Origin: Promethearchaeota archaeon
GTDB taxonomy: Archaea > Asgardarchaeota > Lokiarchaeia > Sigyniarchaeales > SOKP01
Assembly: GCA_048939015.1 (NCBI GenBank)
Contig: JBHLPW010000008.1
Coordinates: forward strand, 33,694-97,693
Direction: 5' to 3'
Length of the DNA stretch: 64,000 nucleotides
Shown: positions 10,431 to 20,477 of the stretch, piece after piece
Position numbering within the stretch: the stretch's first letter is position 1
Layout of the letters: each line of letters opens with the position of its first letter
Made by a program: the position numbers and the translations under genes
The notes under the pieces: model-generated
What the model was told of the DNA's origin: nothing
Databases searched by the model: none
What the model saw: only the letters and a program-made list of their open reading frames with translations

Positions 10431-11388
10431 AATTAATTTGATTTATTATTGTTTTTATACTATTTGCTGAAAATTTAAAATTTTTTATCTCTTCTTCATC
10501 AAGTTCAATATTAAGAGTTCCTTGTACACCACTTTTATTTATAATACATGGTAAACTTAAATATAAATCATTAATTCCATAGAAATCTTCAATAAGAGTT
10601 GAAACTGGTAGTATTGTATTTTCATCATTAACTATTGCTTTCGAAATTCGAGCTAGTGCTAATCCAATACCATAGGAAGTTTCTCCTTTCCTTTCAATTA
10701 TCTTATATGCAGATTCTTTTACTTCCTCAAAAATTTTCATGAATATTTTTTGAGAATCTTGAATCTCTTCAATGTTGCACATTTTAGTATATTCTTTAAT
10801 AAGAGTTCCCCCAATCATAGCACTACTCCATACTGCAAATTCACTATCTCCATGTTCTCCCAAAATGTAACCATGTACATTGCTTGCATTTACCTGACAA
10901 TGTTTACCTAACAAATAACGAAATCTCGCAGTATCTAATGTTGTTCCTGAACCTAAAACTTCATTTTTGGGTTTTCCTGAGAGTTTATATGTTACGTATG
11001 ATAAAATATCAACTGGATTTGAAACTATTAAATATATAGCTTCTGGAGCGTATTTCTGTATTTTTGGAATGATCTGTTTAAAAATATTTACATTACTTTT
11101 TACCAAATCAAGTCTTGTTTCACCAGGCTCTTGATTTTTACCTGCAGTAATTACAACTATGTCTGACTCTTCAATATCCTCGTAATTCCCGGCAATTATG
11201 TCTACGGGATTTGTATACGGTGCTGTGTGAGATAGATCCATAACTTCACCTTCCAATCTCAATTGATTTATATCTACCATAACAATTTCTCTAGCAATCC
11301 CTCTTATAACCAGCGCATATGCAAATCGAGTTCCAACGTTTCCACAACCAATTATAGAAATTTTTGGATGTAAACTTAATTTTTTCAA
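10414..11388 (-). CDS. ldh: L-lactate dehydrogenase
   Basis: IIGCGNVG; AGKNQEPGETRLDL (Gln at the LDH specificity position); NPVD, LDTAR, GEHGDS; TTG start after AGGTGA. Confidence 0.88.
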   Translation of the reverse strand: MKKLSLHPKISIIGCGNVGTRFAYALVIRGIAREIVMVDINQLRLEGEVMDLSHTAPYTNPVDIIAGNYEDIEESDIVVITAGKNQEPGETRLDLVKSNVNIFKQIIPKIQKYAPEAIYLIVSNPVDILSYVTYKLSGKPKNEVLGSGTTLDTARFRYLLGKHCQVNASNVHGYILGEHGDSEFAVWSSAMIGGTLIKEYTKMCNIEEIQDSQKIFMKIFEEVKESAYKIIERKGETSYGIGLALARISKAIVNDENTILPVSTLIEDFYGINDLYLSLPCIINKSGVQGTLNIELDEEEIKNFKFSANSIKTIINQINFSLMN

Positions 11389-11689
11389 GAAAAATATCAC
11401 CTATTATATTGGTTATAATCAGATATATAACTATTTTGTTTAAAAAAAATAGAAAATCAATTAATTTGGTAAAAGAGGTATTAATTTTTTTAAATTAGAA
11501 TATTTTACTGAAGAATTTATCTTTTAAAATATGAAGTTGGAAGATGATTTCATAAATTAATATATAGTAAAATTTTGTAAATATTTCTAAACCTTTAGAT
11601 ATATATATCTAAGATAATCGTATTGATTAGATAAGATTTGAAAAGAGTTCAGATTAATTAATGAATTAAATATGAGGTGAGAATAACTC

Positions 11690-12898
11690 ATTAAAAGTTT
11701 TAATTATAAATATTTGATTATTGGAGGAGGAATGACTGCAGATGCAGCTGTTCATAGTATTAGGGAAATTGATGTTGAAGGAACAATTGGATTAATAAGT
11801 AATGAAGAATATGCCCCCTATGCGCGTCCTCCATTATCGAAAGGTCTTTGGACAGGAGATGAAGGAATCGAGGATATTGACTTAGAGACATCTAATATGA
11901 ACCTTGAAATGCATTTTAATCAAAATGTAATAAAGATTGATGCTGAAAATAAAAAAGTTTACGATAATAATAAGAATGAATATAATTACCAAAAATTACT
12001 GATTGCTACAGGTGGTACACCTAAAAAACTTCCAAATATTGAAGAAGAAGGAATTATTTATTACCGTACACTGTCAGATTATAATAAATTAAGAGATAGT
12101 GTTGAAAAGAACGAAAGATTTGGAATAATTGGAGGAGGATTTATAGGTTCAGAAATTGCAGCTGGGATAAAAATGTATAAGCCAGATGCTGAGGTTACAA
12201 TGATTTTTCCTGAGAGTGGGATTGGTGCGTTCATTTTTCCTAAAAAATTGAGTGACTATATAAGTGATTATTTTCGAGAGAATGATGTCAAAGTTTTAGC
12301 AGGAGAGTTAGTTGTAAAAATTACTAAAGAGGATAAAACTTATTTGGTTGAAACAAAAAGTGGGAAAACATTAAAGTTTGATATGGTCATCGCAGGATTA
12401 GGAATTACTCCCAATATTGAACTGGCAAAAGAAGCAGATTTGGAAGTTGAAGATGGAATTGTAGTAAACAAGTACCTTCAGACAAGTAATCCCGACATTT
12501 ATGCTGCTGGGGATGTAGCAATTTATCATAATCCTTTACTTGGAAAGTATATTCGGATTGAACATGAAGATAATGCTATAAAGATGGGAGAAATTGCTGG
12601 TCAAAATATGGTGGGAAAAGAAATAACATTTGATCATCTTTCAATGTTTTACTCTGATTTATTTGAATACGGTTATGAAGCAGTAGGTATTTTAGATTCA
12701 AAGTTAGAAATAGTAGAAGATTTAGATGAATCTTTAGAAGAAGGTATTATATATTACTTAGAAAAAGGAAAAGTTCAAGGAGTTCTTTTATGGAATGTTT
12801 GGGATAAAGTTGATGAAGCTAGAGAATTAATCGCTGAACAAGGACCATTTTCATCCAAAGATTTAAAGGGTCGTATAAATATTCTGGCTATTCATTAA
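11690..12898 (+). CDS. FAD/NAD(P)H-dependent ferredoxin-reductase-family oxidoreductase, AIF-like; ATT start
   Basis: YLIIGGG, YARPPLSKGLW, ATGG, GGGFIGSE, AAGDVA, RIEHEDNA, MFYSDL, GVLLWNVW. Confidence 0.88.
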   Translation: MKSFNYKYLIIGGGMTADAAVHSIREIDVEGTIGLISNEEYAPYARPPLSKGLWTGDEGIEDIDLETSNMNLEMHFNQNVIKIDAENKKVYDNNKNEYNYQKLLIATGGTPKKLPNIEEEGIIYYRTLSDYNKLRDSVEKNERFGIIGGGFIGSEIAAGIKMYKPDAEVTMIFPESGIGAFIFPKKLSDYISDYFRENDVKVLAGELVVKITKEDKTYLVETKSGKTLKFDMVIAGLGITPNIELAKEADLEVEDGIVVNKYLQTSNPDIYAAGDVAIYHNPLLGKYIRIEHEDNAIKMGEIAGQNMVGKEITFDHLSMFYSDLFEYGYEAVGILDSKLEIVEDLDESLEEGIIYYLEKGKVQGVLLWNVWDKVDEARELIAEQGPFSSKDLKGRINILAIH

Positions 12899-12942
12899 AA
12901 TTATTATTAATAATAATTACAAATTATTGGAGGGTATTAATC

Positions 12943-13092
12943 ATGAAAAGGTTCGAAAAATATCTTAAGAATTGGAAAGAAAATAGTTCTGATCTTGATG
13001 AGGAGGAATATAGAATATCTGAAGGATGTTGTTTATTTCATAACAGAAGTGAATTAAGTAATTTCGACGATATAAATGATGACAATAGCTAA
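12943..13092 (+). CDS. Small acidic 49-aa protein with CC motif (not in ORF track)
   Basis: GGAGGGT SD then ATG; MKRFEKYLKNWKENSSDLDEEEYRISEGCCLFHNRSELSNFDDINDDNS. Confidence 0.55.
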   Translation: MKRFEKYLKNWKENSSDLDEEEYRISEGCCLFHNRSELSNFDDINDDNS

Positions 13093-13143
13093 AATATTAT
13101 TTAAAACCTTTTTTTATAGTTTTCAAATTTTTTGGGATTAATT

Positions 13144-13989
13144 ATGCGATATGTAGAATTAGGAAAAACGGGAGAAAAGATAGCAGTTTTAGGACAAGGT
13201 CTTTGGGGTACATCGAGGTTAAAAGGCTTTTTTAAAGGTCGAAATTATTACGAGAATATTAAATCTGCTTTGAGATATGGTATTGAATTAGGAATGACAC
13301 ATATTGATACAGCAGAATTTTATGGGATGGGTAAAGCAGAGAAAGTATTAGGAGAAATTATTAAAGATTATGATAGAGATGATTTGTTTATCACATCTAA
13401 ACTCTTTCCTATTCATTTTAGAAAAAATACTATGAAAAAGGCAGCTAATAAGAGTTTAAAAAGATTAGGAATTGACTATTTAGACCTCTATTTAATTCAT
13501 TGGCCTTCAAAATTTATATCGATTTCAAAGGAAATGAATGTTCTTGAAACTTTAGTAAAAGAAGGAAAGACTAGATATATTGGAGTGAGTAATTTTAGTG
13601 TTAAACAATTTCAAAAAGCTCAGGAATCTCTTAAAAAGGAAGAACTAGTTAATAATCAACTTCATATTAATATAACTAATCAAAAACACATTCATAACTC
13701 TCTTTCTTATTATCAAAAAAATAGAATCACTGTAACAGCATATAGTCCACTTGGTCATAAAGGTTATACAAGATTAAGAGGCAAAATAAGAGAAGAGTTA
13801 GAAAAAGTCGCATTAAAATATAATGCTACAATACAACAGATAGCAATTGCATGGTTAATTAATCATGATAACGTAATAACAATACCTAAGGCATTTAATA
13901 GAGATCATGTCTTAGATAATGTAAAAGCAATAGATATCCCTCTATTGAAAGCAGATGTACAAAGTATAAATAGGTTAGGAGGATTTTAA
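13144..13989 (+). CDS. Aldo/keto reductase
   Basis: IDTAEFYG, FITSK, DLYLIHWP, IGVSNF, AYSPLG, IPKA. Confidence 0.93.
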   Translation: MRYVELGKTGEKIAVLGQGLWGTSRLKGFFKGRNYYENIKSALRYGIELGMTHIDTAEFYGMGKAEKVLGEIIKDYDRDDLFITSKLFPIHFRKNTMKKAANKSLKRLGIDYLDLYLIHWPSKFISISKEMNVLETLVKEGKTRYIGVSNFSVKQFQKAQESLKKEELVNNQLHINITNQKHIHNSLSYYQKNRITVTAYSPLGHKGYTRLRGKIREELEKVALKYNATIQQIAIAWLINHDNVITIPKAFNRDHVLDNVKAIDIPLLKADVQSINRLGGF

Positions 13990-14036
13990 TAAGTTTTATA
14001 AGTAATCCTTTTAATCCTTGACGTTTAATATTTATT

Positions 14037-14909
14037 ATGGAAATCGAAGATATCTCTAAAAGTGAAAAAGAGGCTTTGGTAGACCTAAAGAGACATATCT
14101 CTGGAGATATATCCGATATTGATTTTAAAATTGAGAATAGGCATATTATCGAGATGCAATTTCCTCCAGAAGGTGTATCAGAATATTCTTGCCGAAGAGA
14201 GGTAAATCTATATGAACTTCCAGAATCTATACGTAATTTGAAATGGCTTCAAGTTTTGGATATTTCAGATAATGAATTAGAGGAGCTCCCCGAGACCATC
14301 GGAAGTTTACCTTCTCTCCGTGTATTAAACCTAGATGAAAATCCTATTAGTTCCTTTCCAGAATCAATAGGTAATTTAACATCACTCCAAGAATTATCAT
14401 TAATCCATCAACATGTGTTAAAATATAGTAGTAAAAGGTTAAGGAAGCTACCGGAATCTATTGGAAATCTTAAATCACTATTAAAACTATCTTTATGGGA
14501 AAATAAAATAACTTTACTTCCTGAGTCGTTTGGAAAGCTTAAAAATCTTGAAGAGTTAGAATTAAGTTTTAATAAGATAAGTAGACTCCCTAAGACATTT
14601 GGAAACCTTGAATCGCTTCGTGCATTTTTATTTAGGGCAAACAAATTAAAGATTCTACCTGATTCATTTAGTAATTTAAGAAAGCTCCAACAATTAGACA
14701 TCTCTTATAATCAATTAAAAGAAATACCTGAGTGGTTTGGTAAACTTGAATCATTGACAATATTAGATATTGAACAAAATAATTTAACTCAACTTCCAGA
14801 GTCCATATTGAATTTATCAAACTTAAAAAGTATAAATGCTGGTGTAGGGAATTCGTTTGATGAGTCTTCCACTGTTATTTTGAATAAGATAAAATATCGG
14901 CACTCCTGA
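14037..14909 (+). CDS. Leucine-rich repeat protein (LPESIGNL type)
   Basis: About 9 repeats LxxLxLxxNxLxxLPxSIGNL. Confidence 0.9.
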   Translation: MEIEDISKSEKEALVDLKRHISGDISDIDFKIENRHIIEMQFPPEGVSEYSCRREVNLYELPESIRNLKWLQVLDISDNELEELPETIGSLPSLRVLNLDENPISSFPESIGNLTSLQELSLIHQHVLKYSSKRLRKLPESIGNLKSLLKLSLWENKITLLPESFGKLKNLEELELSFNKISRLPKTFGNLESLRAFLFRANKLKILPDSFSNLRKLQQLDISYNQLKEIPEWFGKLESLTILDIEQNNLTQLPESILNLSNLKSINAGVGNSFDESSTVILNKIKYRHS

Positions 14910-15026
14910 TTTGTTTTGGTTTCATTTACTACATTATTATCCAATATAACAAACAAATATAAAATTAAGGCTGAATTAAGATAATATCATCTAATTTATA
15001 TATAAAACAATAAATAACTCGTAATC

Positions 15027-17285
15027 ATGAAATTTAAAAAAAAAATTAACAAATATACAATATTTTTAAGCTTAGTTATTGGCGTTCTTCTGTTCCAATC
15101 TATCTTCATATACTCATTTATAATAATTGAAAGTGAAGAAAATGTTGAGAAGCAGAAGCTAAAAAACTCAGATTTCTGGGTTTTACCATATAGAATTCAT
15201 ATTGATAACAATTGGTCAGATACAGCATCCGCTTATGATTGGTGTTCGGGTCTTGGAACACCACAGACACCATATAAAATTGAGAATGTAACAATAGACG
15301 CTCAGAATTCAGGCAGTTGCATCTATATTCTGAATACAAATGATCATTTTATCATCCAAAATTGTACATTAATAAATTCTGAAGCATCACCACACGGGGC
15401 AATAAGGCTATATTTTGTTAGTAATGGTAAGATTATAGATAACAATATTACAAAGAACAATGGTCGAGCAGTTAGTTTATATGTTGGGAATAATATACTC
15501 GTTGAAGATAATAATATTGTGAATAATGGCTATGGAGTTACACTCTCATATTCCAATGGAAATGAAATTATTAAAAATGATATACAAGATAGTAATCTTT
15601 ATGGTATTTATCTCTATGATGCTGATAATAATGTAGTGATGGAGAATGAAGTTGTACATAACGGATATTATGCAGGAGGATATCATGGAATCTATATTAC
15701 TGAAAGTTCAGCACCTACAGACTGCCTTAATAATACGGTTAAACATAATAATGTACAAAATAACAGAAAAAGTGGAATATACATTAATTCGTGTGACAAT
15801 AATACGATATTTGGAAATTCTGTTGAAAATAACCTTGAATATGGTATTTACTTCTATGATAGCGATGATATTATAATAATCGGAAATAAAATTAACGATA
15901 ATGGATATGGTTGTATAGCAAATCAATCGAGTGTCAATTATAAAGATGAATGGAATGTGTGTAATGATGTTATTGATCCCTTTACAATTGATGAGACAGG
16001 AGGTGGAGATTTCACCTGGGCTCAGGTTTCTCAATTTGCTTGGGTTGATGGAAGTGGTAGTTATTCTGATCCTTATATGTTAGCAGATCTTTCCATAGAT
16101 GCTCAATCAAGCGGATCTTGTATTGTAATTGATACTTCATTTAACAAACATTTTGTTATTAGTGGCTGTACCGTCGTAAATGGTCAAGCTTCAGGAGGAA
16201 ATGCAGGAATTAGGTTGAACGATGTTCAGGATGGAACTATCACTTTAAATACCATTATGAACAACTATATTGGCATTTACTTAGATCATGCTGAAAATGT
16301 TACAGTTAGTGATAATGATCTATATGACAATTTGGGACAAGGTATTATCTTATATCAGAGTCCACAGAATTATATTCTCGACAACGACCAATACGGGAGT
16401 ATATACTATGGTTTACTAGTTAATACGTTTAGCAATAATAATACAATTAAAGGCAATGTTTTCCGAAACAATACAGGAGCTACGGGACATGGAGATGGAA
16501 TACGAGTTTTGGACAGTGATGATAACAGGTTCATTGATAATACTCTTATCAATAATGATCGGGGAATCAAAATTGAAGATGATTCACATAATAACACTAT
16601 AACACAAAATACTATTCAAAATAATACAGATTATGGTGCGTTGGTCATAGCTAATACTCGAGTGTGCCGTGATAATTTATTTTATCTAAACGATTTTAAC
16701 AATCCATTAGGATTAAATGCATATGATAATGGAACCGATACTAATTGGGACAATGGCGCAACTGGAAATATTTGGAATGATTATAGCGGTGTCGATGCTA
16801 ATGATGACGGATTTGGTGATACACCATATGTACTTCCAGGCATTGGGGGTGGGCAAGACAATCTACCAATTTTTGACGATGGTGATAGTATTGCACCTGT
16901 TGTTACAATTCTCGCTCCAATAGACAATTCGAGATATAACATTACTGCACCATCATATCAGATAAGTATAGTTGAAGATAATCTCGATTCTTACTGGTAT
17001 ATTATATCATGGGACAGTGGAGAATCACCGGCATTTACAGCTAGTTTGTCAGGAACAGTAGATCAAGCCTTATGGGACTCTTTACCTTTAGGTAATTATA
17101 CTCTGACCGTATATGCTAATGATACAGCGGGAAATATAGGCTCAGATAGCGTGACCATTATTATAGAAGGTTTACCATCTGGTTCCCCTGCAATTCCATT
17201 CGGATCTTTCTATCTCATTATAAGCCTTGTAAGTGTGGCGATAATACTGATTTCTATAAATTATAAACTTAGGAAGAAGTTTTAA
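15027..17285 (+). CDS. Surface NosD/right-handed beta-helix protein, two tandem beta-helix modules, Ig-like domain and sorting tail
   Basis: N-terminal TM; many GIYL..S.NN.I.N repeats; GNIWNDYSG.D..DDG.GDTPY; YANDTAGN; IPFGSFY-TM-RKKF. Confidence 0.88.
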   Translation: MKFKKKINKYTIFLSLVIGVLLFQSIFIYSFIIIESEENVEKQKLKNSDFWVLPYRIHIDNNWSDTASAYDWCSGLGTPQTPYKIENVTIDAQNSGSCIYILNTNDHFIIQNCTLINSEASPHGAIRLYFVSNGKIIDNNITKNNGRAVSLYVGNNILVEDNNIVNNGYGVTLSYSNGNEIIKNDIQDSNLYGIYLYDADNNVVMENEVVHNGYYAGGYHGIYITESSAPTDCLNNTVKHNNVQNNRKSGIYINSCDNNTIFGNSVENNLEYGIYFYDSDDIIIIGNKINDNGYGCIANQSSVNYKDEWNVCNDVIDPFTIDETGGGDFTWAQVSQFAWVDGSGSYSDPYMLADLSIDAQSSGSCIVIDTSFNKHFVISGCTVVNGQASGGNAGIRLNDVQDGTITLNTIMNNYIGIYLDHAENVTVSDNDLYDNLGQGIILYQSPQNYILDNDQYGSIYYGLLVNTFSNNNTIKGNVFRNNTGATGHGDGIRVLDSDDNRFIDNTLINNDRGIKIEDDSHNNTITQNTIQNNTDYGALVIANTRVCRDNLFYLNDFNNPLGLNAYDNGTDTNWDNGATGNIWNDYSGVDANDDGFGDTPYVLPGIGGGQDNLPIFDDGDSIAPVVTILAPIDNSRYNITAPSYQISIVEDNLDSYWYIISWDSGESPAFTASLSGTVDQALWDSLPLGNYTLTVYANDTAGNIGSDSVTIIIEGLPSGSPAIPFGSFYLIISLVSVAIILISINYKLRKKF

Positions 17286-17474
17286 ATTCTATTAATTTAT
17301 ACCATTTTTTTTATATTCTTTATTTTATTAATATCTCCATATCTCAGAAATCTATATAATTACACCCAATAACAAAATCATTATAAAAATAATAATGTTA
17401 TTTGAGATAGTATTGTAGTTTTTAGTCATTTTTTGTTTATTTTTATTGTTTTTGAAAAAAAAAATATTATGAAG

Positions 17475-17515
17475 TAATTGGCTAAAATGAAGATCTCCTT
17501 CATTCTAGCCAATTA
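17475..17515 (-). terminator. 18-bp hairpin between convergent genes, probable 3' structure of the MCP-receiver transcript
   Basis: TAATTGGCTAAAATGAAG-atctc-CTTCATTCTAGCCAATTA; the single mismatch is G-U on the minus strand; U-tract follows on minus. Confidence 0.55.
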
Positions 17516-17585
17516 ATTGTGTTTCTGAACATTGGAAGGGATTTTAATGTCACTTGAATTTTAAAATAAATCAACTAATCATATT

Positions 17586-17963
17586 CTAACTTATTATAAT
17601 ATTACATTGGATTAAATGCAATAGAGAGTTATATAAATCATGCAGATCAAATGGTTTTGATTTAAATTTTATAGCTCCTGCAGCTAATGCAGATTCTTCT
17701 ATTTTGTTATCTGCACTCATCAATAAAATTTTTACTTGCTTATCTATTCTTAAAATTTCTTTTGCTGTTTCAATTCCATTTTTAAATGGCATTTTATAAT
17801 CCATTATGATTATATCTGGCTTATATTCAAAATTTTTGTATTTTTTAATTGCTTCTATGCCATCTTTAGCAGAATCGATGATATTAAACCCTTTAAATTC
17901 TAAAAATTGCGTACATAATTTTAAGAGAGATTCATCATCATCAACCATAAATATTTTATATAT
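17586..17963 (-). CDS. Stand-alone response regulator receiver (CheY-like); probable ATA start
   Basis: KIFMVDDD, IIMDYKMP (phospho-Asp), MSA, KPF. Confidence 0.9.
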   Translation of the reverse strand: MYKIFMVDDDESLLKLCTQFLEFKGFNIIDSAKDGIEAIKKYKNFEYKPDIIIMDYKMPFKNGIETAKEILRIDKQVKILLMSADNKIEESALAAGAIKFKSKPFDLHDLYNSLLHLIQCNIIIS

Positions 17964-18013
17964 TTCTAATCACCTTTTTTTATTATAAAATTCCAAAAAA
18001 ATGGAGTATTAGT

Positions 18014-19144
18014 TTAAACTTCTATTTCTATCAATAGAGTCTTCAATTCTTCAGCTAGACTTTCTAATTTATGAGAAGTTGCGGTTACCTGTTGCATTGA
18101 CGCAGTTTGCTGTTCAGAACTGGTACTAATTCCTTGCATTGATTCAAAAGTAAAATGTATTTTGTTTATAATTGCATCAACTTTTTTACTACTGTTATAA
18201 GAAGCTTTTTTAGATTCTTCTGATAACTTTCGAACTTCATCTGCTACAACAGCAAATCCTCTTCCATGCTCACCAGCTCTACCAGCTTCAATTCTTGCAT
18301 TTAAAGATAAGAGGTTGGTTTTCTCTGCCACATCGTTGACTAAGTCCATAACAATTCTAATTTCTTCTGAAGATTTCATTACATCTTCTGTATTTCTAGC
18401 AACTTCTAGAGTTGTTAAAGAAATTTCTTCAGCAGAAGCATTTACTTCACTTGCATTGGCTGCTAATTCTGAAGCAATATTAGCAACATCGGTGCTAGCT
18501 GCTGATGCTGAATTCAACACCTTTTTTAAGCTTTCATTTATAAATAATATCCTATTTTCAATAAGAACTACTAAGCCCGTAACCATCATCATTATAAAGG
18601 AAGTGAGTGTAAGTAATGTGTAAATCTCTTGAATAAGAATCCCAAAAACGTCTAAAGCGATTATTAAAGGAATTGGACACAAAGAAATAAGTAAGAATGC
18701 ATGTGTTGGTGTTTTCTTTTCTTTATAAATTCGAAAAAGCATTATAAAGCACAAAATAAACAATAGTGCAACAAAAAGAAATATATAAATCATTATTAGA
18801 ATAACTGAGGTAATAACTATTACAACTCCAATTATTTTATTTGAACCAGAAATTGAATGTCTTCCAAGAAATATTTGGTAATATTCTTTTAAGATAACTG
18901 TGAATATTGAAATAGTGGCAGTTATTTGAAAAACAATTGAAAATAGTATTAAAAGTTCATTGTAATAGCTAGCTGTATTAAAAACAGTTCCTAGATAATA
19001 TGAGAAATAAGCTACAACCCAACCCACTAAATCTTTACGTCTTATACAAACAAGTGCAAAAACACAAAATGATACAGATGCGAAACCAATCAAAGAAAAC
19101 TCCATAGTGATATAATTCAATACCTTTTCTACCATTTTTTTCAT
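18014..19144 (-). CDS. Methyl-accepting chemotaxis-like protein with about 6 TM sensor region
   Basis: [39 protein letters not shown] signalling tip; SAEEIS and SEQQTAS methylation-like helices. Confidence 0.92.
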   Translation of the reverse strand: MKKMVEKVLNYITMEFSLIGFASVSFCVFALVCIRRKDLVGWVVAYFSYYLGTVFNTASYYNELLILFSIVFQITATISIFTVILKEYYQIFLGRHSISGSNKIIGVVIVITSVILIMIYIFLFVALLFILCFIMLFRIYKEKKTPTHAFLLISLCPIPLIIALDVFGILIQEIYTLLTLTSFIMMMVTGLVVLIENRILFINESLKKVLNSASAASTDVANIASELAANASEVNASAEEISLTTLEVARNTEDVMKSSEEIRIVMDLVNDVAEKTNLLSLNARIEAGRAGEHGRGFAVVADEVRKLSEESKKASYNSSKKVDAIINKIHFTFESMQGISTSSEQQTASMQQVTATSHKLESLAEELKTLLIEIEV

Positions 19145-19261
19145 CTATTTTTAATATTTTTTTGAAAATCGATAATTTTTGACATCATTAATTTTAATTT
19201 TTGAACAAAAATTTTTTCTTAATTATATTGTTTTAATTTTCATATTTAAATATTTGTGATT

Positions 19262-19374
19262 TTCGGTTTCCGAAGGATCAGAGAAAAAACCTAAAATCCT
19301 TAAATGAAATCAATTTCCAATATTGTAGAATTCATTTTGTAAGTTTTTGAAATAAAAAAATTTCAAGATCCGAA
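19262..19374. promoter_or_regulatory. Two candidate operator sites TTC-N5-CCGAA in the divergent promoter
   Basis: TTCGGTTTCCGAA (palindromic) at 19262-19274 and TTCAAGATCCGAA at 19362-19374. Confidence 0.35.
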
Positions 19375-19408
19375 AAAATTAAATAGACATTTAGAGATAT
19401 TAATACTA

Positions 19409-20416
19409 ATGATTAAGAAAAATGAATATCCTGTTCAAAGTTCTTTAAGTTCTCTTAAAGACCTTAGCATTGGAGATATCGCAAATCTTTCAATGCTGCA
19501 AATAATTATATTACAAATTCTAAAGCAATATAAGAAACCTATAATAAGACATACATTATATCAAGAGATAAAGGACTTCATATCGGGGATAAAAAGAAAT
19601 CAAGTCGGCACTCAGGAACTATTCGCAGAAAGTTTCCAGAAGAAAAAAATTTCTCGGCTTTCTACATCGACCTTTTATAGTAATCTTAATTTTCTTGAGC
19701 AACAGGGGTTTTTGGCGTTTAACAGAAATAAGAAAGGAAAAATCGATACTGTGAAAACATCCCCCTTAACCAATGTAGTAATTAATTTTCTAAGTGAATA
19801 TTTCTTATTGAATCTAATTAAGGATCGTGAATTTGATATTTTAGCTTGTGAAAAAATTATTGAGAAAATTGAATCTTACCAACTTGAGAGCAAAAACACT
19901 GTCTTTTCAGTATGGTCTCACGAAAATATAGAACTTACTCTTATAAACTTCTTATTAAAAAAGTTTAATAGTGTATATTTTTTATCTTCAGAAATAACAA
20001 CAGAAAAGCTTGTTGAAATTAATTTAAAGGATATTAATTTTACTAAAATAAGTGGGGGTTTAATTAGAGAGCCTGATAATGCATTTGATTATACATTTAT
20101 TCAAGGTTATAATGAAAATATGGATTTCTATGGACTAACTCAAGTAGAAATTTTAAAAGAATTAGTAAGAGTTACCAAACCTGGAGGGATCATCTTCTTA
20201 TTTATTAGAACTTCCTTATCAAAAACAAAACATTCTTTAGTTGATAAAGTCATTACAAACAAAATAATTACCTTATATAATAATTACATATTAAAGAACG
20301 GAAAAGCACTAACCAAAAGTCAATTAAAAGATATATTAATTAATGCGGGTTTCGAAAAATACCAAATTTTTGAAGAACAAGGTGCTTTGATTGGTATAGG
20401 AGAAGTTCAAAAATGA
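19409..20416 (+). CDS. Winged-helix domain fused to a degenerate class I SAM-methyltransferase-like domain
   Basis: N-terminal LSTSTFYSNLNFLEQQGFL + wing; C-terminal REPDNAFD...LKELVRVTKPGG...L.NAGF; no GxG motif I. Confidence 0.65.
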   Translation: MIKKNEYPVQSSLSSLKDLSIGDIANLSMLQIIILQILKQYKKPIIRHTLYQEIKDFISGIKRNQVGTQELFAESFQKKKISRLSTSTFYSNLNFLEQQGFLAFNRNKKGKIDTVKTSPLTNVVINFLSEYFLLNLIKDREFDILACEKIIEKIESYQLESKNTVFSVWSHENIELTLINFLLKKFNSVYFLSSEITTEKLVEINLKDINFTKISGGLIREPDNAFDYTFIQGYNENMDFYGLTQVEILKELVRVTKPGGIIFLFIRTSLSKTKHSLVDKVITNKIITLYNNYILKNGKALTKSQLKDILINAGFEKYQIFEEQGALIGIGEVQK

Positions 20417-20477
20417 AGTATTATATAATTTAAAAATTAATTATATGATAGGATAGTTAGAAAAGAGGTCATGAATT

